Below are positions 37,264-41,760 of a DNA stretch of 41,760 nucleotides, in pieces (position 1 is the stretch's first letter; the number at the start of each line of letters is the position of its first letter). A program made the translations under genes and the position numbers. This DNA is from Enterobacter phage Tyrion. The stretch is from the sequence record KX231829.1. The stretch is one strand, 5' to 3'. The notes under the pieces were generated by a model. The model was given only the letters and a program-made list of their open reading frames with translations. It searched no databases and had not been told where the DNA came from.

Positions 37264-37341
37264 ATTACCCAGTGGGTAATAAAATGTGTTCACAAGTATT
37301 GATTTCGAACCGTATATGGATTTTAATTACCTAAGAGGTAA
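37264..37341. promoter_or_regulatory. Promoter with flanking operators upstream of RuvC-like operon
   Basis: Perfect ATTACC-CAGTG-GGTAAT (37264..37280). TTGATT (37299..37304) - 17 bp spacer containing CCGTATATGG (37310..37319) - TTTAAT (37322..37327). Perfect TTACC-TAAGA-GGTAA (37327..37341) at the predicted start site. Confidence 0.6.
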
Positions 37342-37344
37342 ATC

Positions 37345-37809
37345 ATGACGGCAGTTTTAGGGATTGACCCGGGATGCAGTGGCGCACTGGTGCTCATCAC
37401 TGGTCAGGGCGCTTACATCGACCATCTGGCAATGCCAACCATCAAGGTCGGCACAAAGTCCAGAGTGAACGGCGCAGCGGTGTCGGCGTGGGTCAGGCAG
37501 TACGGAATCACGCATGCGTACCTCGAGCAGGTAGGGGCAATGCCAGGTCAGGGAACGGCCAGCATGTTCACTTTCGGTCATGCGGCTGGCGTTGCGGAGG
37601 GGATCCTTCAGGGGCTCAACATCCCGTACACGCTGGTAACGCCGCAGGCCTGGAAGAAATCAGCCGGGCTTATCGGTAGCGACAAGGATGCAGCGCGAAG
37701 CAGGGCGATTCAACTTTACCCGGAACTCAGGGCGCTGGATGCGAAAGCGAAAGGCCAGGCCATTGCAGATGCACTGCTAATCGCCAGGCATGGGATCGGA
37801 ATTAAATAA
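37345..37809 (+). CDS. RuvC-like Holliday junction resolvase
   Basis: 154 aa. VLGIDPGCSG, YLEQV and ADALLIARHG correspond to the RuvC catalytic D/E/D motifs. Confidence 0.7.
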   Translation: MTAVLGIDPGCSGALVLITGQGAYIDHLAMPTIKVGTKSRVNGAAVSAWVRQYGITHAYLEQVGAMPGQGTASMFTFGHAAGVAEGILQGLNIPYTLVTPQAWKKSAGLIGSDKDAARSRAIQLYPELRALDAKAKGQAIADALLIARHGIGIK

Positions 37810-37865
37810 CGATCCTTTTTGTTATCAACGTAATCAATAACTTAAACGGGTAAGCGGGGGTAAAG

Positions 37866-38438
37866 ATGGACAGCAATATCAGTGAGTTAGTGAAGTTAGG
37901 GCATGAGCGCGCGGCTGAACTGAAAGCATCATGCGGTGCTGTCGATGTGCGCAGCGTGGAGCAACTGATTAGCGATCTGGCATCGCAACTTGAAGTGCAG
38001 TATGTGCGTGCTGAAGAGTCACAGCGCGAGTTCCGCTCTGCTGATATCACAATGCAGAATCTGGAGGCTCAACTTAAGCAAAACAAGATTGACGCTGACT
38101 GCTACAAGAAGGGCATGGAAGCGTCAAATGCGCGGCTGGTTCAGATTGCTGCGGAGAATGCGGGGCTGAATGAGAAAATGAACAAACTCGCCACCTGGCC
38201 AGGCATTGAGTTCTATTCCTCAGCCTGGGAGTTCAACAACGGTGACGGCAATGACGCTCTTGAATTCATGTGTGATGTGCAAACCCCAGCGACCGACGCT
38301 TTCCTGGCTGAAGTGCGGGCGCAGGGTGTGGAGGGTATCTATCAATTTAACACGGATAAAATGGGCATTTATCTTGATGGCGATGTATGCGCGTTAATCG
38401 ATCACTACGCCGCCCAGTTAAGAAAGGAGCGAGGATAA
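37866..38438 (+). CDS. Hypothetical nin-region protein (coiled-coil N-terminus)
   Basis: 190 aa. Its stop overlaps the next ATG (TAATG). Confidence 0.5.
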   Translation: MDSNISELVKLGHERAAELKASCGAVDVRSVEQLISDLASQLEVQYVRAEESQREFRSADITMQNLEAQLKQNKIDADCYKKGMEASNARLVQIAAENAGLNEKMNKLATWPGIEFYSSAWEFNNGDGNDALEFMCDVQTPATDAFLAEVRAQGVEGIYQFNTDKMGIYLDGDVCALIDHYAAQLRKERG

Positions 38439-38962
38439 TGAAAAGACACTCTCCTCCTGACATCCAAGAACTAACATCATCGCTTGACTATGACCCATTA
38501 ACAGGAAAATTCACCTGGAAAAAGCAACGTGCATCAAATTGCGCAATCGGCAAGGAAGCTGGCTATATAACCGCTTATGGCTATAGGCAGATACATTTCA
38601 ACGGTAAGGCATACAAAGCGCATCGCCTTGCCTGGTTTATTACCTACGGAACATGGCCAGACCTGATTGACCATATCGATATGGATAGGGCAAATAACGC
38701 AATTTCCAATCTCCGCGAGGCTACCACCTCAGAGAATTCGCGAAATCAATCATTAAAAAGAAGAAATTCATCTGGCGTTCCATGTGTTTACTGGCACAGC
38801 ACCAGAAATAGATGGGTCGTAAAAGTGACGCGTGAAGGAAGGGAATATTACGGAGGAGCATTTACAAATTTTGATGATGCAAAGTTGGTATCCGAAAAAC
38901 TACGCAAAGAATTGCATGGTGAATTTTATCGTGAAGTCTCACGCAAAGGAGTGCAGTCATGA
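38438..38962 (+). CDS. HNH endonuclease with AP2-like DNA-binding domain (free-standing homing-endonuclease type)
   Basis: ORF 38387..38962. Start MKRHSPP with RBS AAGGAG. HNH motif HRLAWFITYG...DHIDMDRANNAISNLREAT..EN. The C-terminal region VYWHSTRNRWVVKV is AP2-like. AT-rich. Confidence 0.75.
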   Translation: MKRHSPPDIQELTSSLDYDPLTGKFTWKKQRASNCAIGKEAGYITAYGYRQIHFNGKAYKAHRLAWFITYGTWPDLIDHIDMDRANNAISNLREATTSENSRNQSLKRRNSSGVPCVYWHSTRNRWVVKVTREGREYYGGAFTNFDDAKLVSEKLRKELHGEFYREVSRKGVQS

Positions 38963-39921
38963 CCCCTAACGAAAAGCAAAAGCTTCTTCAGCGTCAGTCT
39001 CTTTCTCTCGATGCAAAGATTCAAATGACAAAGCGCCGAATCCGTGATTTCTACGATCACTTTGATGGAGAGGTTTACCAATCCTTCAGCGGCGGAAAAG
39101 ACAGCACTGTATTGCGTCACATCATCATGTCTATGGGATTAAAGATGCCATTTGTCTTTAGTAACACAGGTCTTGAGATGCCGGAGATTGTTGACTTCGT
39201 AAGAGCGCAGGCCAGCAAGGATGATGGTGTCGTTCAGGTTCGACCAAAGGTTCCGTTTAACCAGGTATGGCAGGAGTACGGGTTGCCAATTGGAAGTAAA
39301 AAGGTCGCAAAAATGATTCGCGTCCTCCAGGAGGGAGACACAGGTCGGAACAGCAACATGCACAATCTTTATAACACCGGAGTTAACTCGAAAGGCCAGT
39401 TCGCTAAATCATGGAAGATACCCGAGAAGTGGCGTGTATTCGTCAATGATGAAGCGCCGCGCATTACCGACTTATGCTGCGATTTTCTCAAAAAAGAGCC
39501 TCTGGACACTTATGCGAAGGAAACCGGTCGACACGGCATCAGCGCAATTATGGCTGACGAAGGGGGGGCACGTGAAATGCGTACTCAATGCAACGTTTAT
39601 GACGGCAAGCGTCCCAACTGTGCTCCCATGCTGTTCTGGCTTGAAAGCGATGTCTGGGAATACATAAACACCCGCGAAGTGGAAATTTGTGAAGTGTATT
39701 ACGACAGAGAGGTAAACGGTCGTCACGTCCCGGCAGAGAAAAGAACCGGCTGCATGTTCTGCGGATTTGGAGTTCACATGGAAAAAGGCATGAACCGCTT
39801 TCAGCGCATGGCCATTACGCATCCTCGCCAGCACTCTATCGTCATTGACCGCATGGGTATGGGTAAAGCTCTTGACCTGATAAACGTTAAATACATTCCG
39901 GATGATGAGGCCGCCCAATGA
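38959..39921 (+). CDS. PAPS-reductase-family PP-loop ATPase-like protein
   Basis: 320 aa. PP-loop motif SFSGGKDST near the N-terminus. A family recurrent in enterobacterial prophage nin regions. Confidence 0.75.
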   Translation: MTPNEKQKLLQRQSLSLDAKIQMTKRRIRDFYDHFDGEVYQSFSGGKDSTVLRHIIMSMGLKMPFVFSNTGLEMPEIVDFVRAQASKDDGVVQVRPKVPFNQVWQEYGLPIGSKKVAKMIRVLQEGDTGRNSNMHNLYNTGVNSKGQFAKSWKIPEKWRVFVNDEAPRITDLCCDFLKKEPLDTYAKETGRHGISAIMADEGGAREMRTQCNVYDGKRPNCAPMLFWLESDVWEYINTREVEICEVYYDREVNGRHVPAEKRTGCMFCGFGVHMEKGMNRFQRMAITHPRQHSIVIDRMGMGKALDLINVKYIPDDEAAQ

Positions 39922-40811
39922 GCAACATCGACAAACAGGCGCTGCGAAATTTAGCGCTAAGAGCTACACCGGGCCCATGGGCAATGGAGCACGAAAATAT
40001 CTGGTATTGCGAAAACGGTTATACCAAACACCTCGCTTACTTCTGTCAGGGTGATGATGTTGATGATAGCCAGGATGACGCTAACACGCGATATGTTGCT
40101 GCTGCCGACCCATCCACCGTGCTGGCGCTGCTGGATGAGCTGGAAGCAAAAGACTCAACCATCTCTACTCAGCAGCAGGAAATACGGACACTGCTTAATG
40201 CTCTAGAGCAAGCAATGGATAATCGCTACGAAATAGCAGAGCAGAACGGAATGTCGCGCGAGTTTTCCGACTGGTTCTTTGATAACAAAAAGGATGGTTG
40301 CGGGAACGTCTGGTTCATGATGATGGCGGCAATGTGGGAAGGGTGGCAAGGGCGCGCCGCCATGCTTCAGGGTAGCCAACCTGTAAGTAATCGTGATGAG
40401 TTGCTGCCCAGCATCAAACCCGCTCCAGAACTGGATTCTGTGGCTAAAAACGCTGAGTCGCTGCCCGGAAACTCTCCAGCCATCGGCTGGTTGCCGTTCG
40501 ATCAATGGCTATCACAACAAAAAGGAAAGATAGACGTCGATTGCGGATGTGTAACCACTGAGGCATTTTTCCACTGGTTGCGCGTTGCATATGAGTCCGG
40601 CAACTCTCCGGTGATTCCGGATAGATGGATTCCGGTAAGCGAGCGGGTTCCGGAAAGCAACGGTGTGTATTTTGGCTGGGATGGAAAGCGTGTGTTGGAG
40701 GTCAACTGTTTCTTTGGTGGCTTCTCCGCAAATCAATTCATCCACGGAGAAATAACGCACTGGATGCCACTGCCTGAAGCACCGCAGCAGGAGGGGAAAG
40801 ATGGAAAATGA
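39918..40811 (+). CDS. Ea22-like N-terminal / DUF551 C-terminal protein
   Basis: 297 aa. N-term MSNIDKQALRNLALRATPGPW (Ead/Ea22-like). C-term WIPVSERVPE...ITHWMPLPEAP (DUF551). Confidence 0.7.
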   Translation: MSNIDKQALRNLALRATPGPWAMEHENIWYCENGYTKHLAYFCQGDDVDDSQDDANTRYVAAADPSTVLALLDELEAKDSTISTQQQEIRTLLNALEQAMDNRYEIAEQNGMSREFSDWFFDNKKDGCGNVWFMMMAAMWEGWQGRAAMLQGSQPVSNRDELLPSIKPAPELDSVAKNAESLPGNSPAIGWLPFDQWLSQQKGKIDVDCGCVTTEAFFHWLRVAYESGNSPVIPDRWIPVSERVPESNGVYFGWDGKRVLEVNCFFGGFSANQFIHGEITHWMPLPEAPQQEGKDGK

Positions 40812-41193
40812 CAGCGACAACGTCATCACCCTGGTGCAGCCAAAGCGCGATGAAGAGAAGCTGCTGAATATCACTGTAACCGATAAGAAGGCTTACGAAG
40901 AACAACGCTGTAAGCACCTGTCGATTGAAGTCAGTGAAAAGGAACGCACAGTACATTGCACCCGCTGCGGCTGTGCTGTTGACCCTTTCGACCACATTCT
41001 CCAGTGCGCCACCAATGGAGAGCGCGTGGTCACTGAGATAGCGCAACTTCACCGCCGTCGCGACGAACTGCGTGAGGCTGTAGCCAACCTGGAGCGCGAA
41101 GAGAAAAACGCCAAGGCCCGGCTACGCTCTGCCAGGACGTCAATTCTCTTTGCTGAGAATGACCTGAAGAATACTGTGCAGGAGGTGAAGTGA
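40801..41193 (+). CDS. Hypothetical Cys-rich nin-region protein
   Basis: 130 aa. CTRCGC...C zinc-binding-like, coiled-coil C-term. Confidence 0.45.
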   Translation: MENDSDNVITLVQPKRDEEKLLNITVTDKKAYEEQRCKHLSIEVSEKERTVHCTRCGCAVDPFDHILQCATNGERVVTEIAQLHRRRDELREAVANLEREEKNAKARLRSARTSILFAENDLKNTVQEVK

Positions 41194-41420
41194 TGAGACG
41201 CTCAAGTTGGGATGCTCGCCTTGATAAGCGCGTGAATATCGAGAAGCTAGAAGAACAAGGTCTTATCGCTGACAGTATGGAAGTTAGAAAGAGTCTTGTT
41301 GAACGCGTTATGAGAGGAGAAATAACTCCAGAGCAGTCCAGGGAAGAACTGAAGCGGATTCAGCGAAATGCCAAGCGCAATGGACTTAAAACCAGAAACC
41401 AGGCATGGAGAGAAGGTTGA
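41190..41420 (+). CDS. Hypothetical small protein
   Basis: 76 aa, coupled to its neighbours. Confidence 0.4.
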   Translation: MMRRSSWDARLDKRVNIEKLEEQGLIADSMEVRKSLVERVMRGEITPEQSREELKRIQRNAKRNGLKTRNQAWREG

Positions 41421-41758
41421 TGGCTAAATCCCCAGCAGAACGCAAAGCCGCGCAGCGCGCGCGGCAGTCCGCCGCCGGTGAGCGCAAGCTTGAACTGGTG
41501 CTGGATGCTCAGGAACTGGACATGCTGGCGCGGAACTGCGCCGCCCGGCGCCCTGGGCGTGCGCCGTATGAAATGTCTGAGTACATCGCGATGCTGATTC
41601 GCCAGGATGATGCACGCGTTCGTGGGCGTATCAAATCTATCAGCGCTAACCGCTGCGGGAAGTGCGGTGATGCGCTACCGGTTGAGTCCTGTCCCTGCGC
41701 TGGTGATTCTCAATGCTGGGCCACTCTGGGCTGGCATGAGACTAAATTATCAGTGTGA
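41405..41758 (+). CDS. Hypothetical Cys-rich protein
   Basis: 117 aa. Alternative start MAKSP at 41420. C-terminal CGKCG...C.C motif. Ends 2 bp before the window end. Confidence 0.45.
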   Translation: MERRLMAKSPAERKAAQRARQSAAGERKLELVLDAQELDMLARNCAARRPGRAPYEMSEYIAMLIRQDDARVRGRIKSISANRCGKCGDALPVESCPCAGDSQCWATLGWHETKLSV

Positions 41759-41760
41759 CA

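Larger units (their letters stand above)
1..41760. mobile_element. Temperate podovirus genome or prophage, epsilon15/phiV10-like (near unit length)
   Basis: Gene order matches epsilon15/phiV10: terS-terL-portal-scaffold-capsid-tubular A/B-internal proteins-tailspike-O-acetyltransferase-lysis-int-recombination-repressor-replication-nin. No host genes are seen. The window ends reconstitute a 14-mer that is present twice internally. Confidence 0.75.

Noticed and set aside
1-41760. Linear plasmid-prophage (N15-like) with hairpin telomeres, suggested by the break at the palindrome centre
   Set aside because: No protelomerase, partition or plasmid replication genes are present. The genome content is that of an integrating phage with int and attP. 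I kept it only as an alternative in the end-junction finding.
1-41760. CRISPR arrays or other regularly spaced direct repeats
   Set aside because: None were seen. The only recurring short repeats are the operator palindromes, the CCATATATGG motif, the GTGACATGTCAC palindrome and the attP arm repeats.

Overview
The window reads as an essentially complete temperate podovirus genome of the epsilon15/phiV10 type (Uetakevirus-like); I see no flanking host genes. The rightward late operon is T7-like in layout but has no phage RNA polymerase gene. It runs terS, terL, portal, scaffold, major capsid, decoration-like proteins, tail tubular proteins A and B, five internal/ejection proteins, and a tailspike with a T7 gp17-like N-terminus and a beta-helix C-terminus. 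After the tailspike come an AT-rich OafA-type O-antigen acetyltransferase on the minus strand (a lysogenic-conversion gene), a lysis cassette (two holin-like genes, a GH19 endolysin, and Rz with Rz1 embedded), and a P4-type tyrosine integrase preceded by an attP-like region. A leftward early operon follows: a PapI/FaeA-like wHTH gene, an MT-A70 adenine methyltransferase, a second PapI/FaeA-like wHTH gene, an AlpA/Xis-like gene, RecT, and a lambda-Exo/YqaJ-like exonuclease. Next are a tandem-HTH repressor with no peptidase domain, a Cro/CII-like gene, and O-like and lambda-P-like replication genes. The window ends with a nin-like region: RuvC-like resolvase, HNH endonuclease, PAPS-reductase-like PP-loop protein, Ea22/DUF551 proteins and small zinc-ribbon proteins. 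Hunt highlights: (1) A perfect palindrome TTACC-N5-GGTAA occurs 8 times, plus imperfect copies and half-sites, exclusively in intergenic promoter regions upstream of at least nine transcription units, often paired with a second palindrome CCATATATGG. This fits a genome-wide stoperator-like repressor network. (2) A near-consensus LexA box abuts a small gene whose product is paralogous to the C-terminal domain of a Bro-N antirepressor. Together with the non-cleavable repressor this predicts an antirepressor-mediated SOS induction circuit, located where P22 has immI. (3) The two window ends reconstitute the 14-mer tGTGACATGTCACg that occurs twice internally at moron boundaries, with the window breaking exactly at its dyad centre. 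(4) An orphan adenine methyltransferase is flanked by two paralogous PapI/FaeA-like regulators. (5) An unexplained ~0.9-kb non-coding spacer lies between terL and portal, with tandem minus-strand terminators immediately upstream of the ribosome-binding site of an acidic moron gene. Several further morons (membrane protein, HNH endonuclease, DUF551 proteins) are noted.
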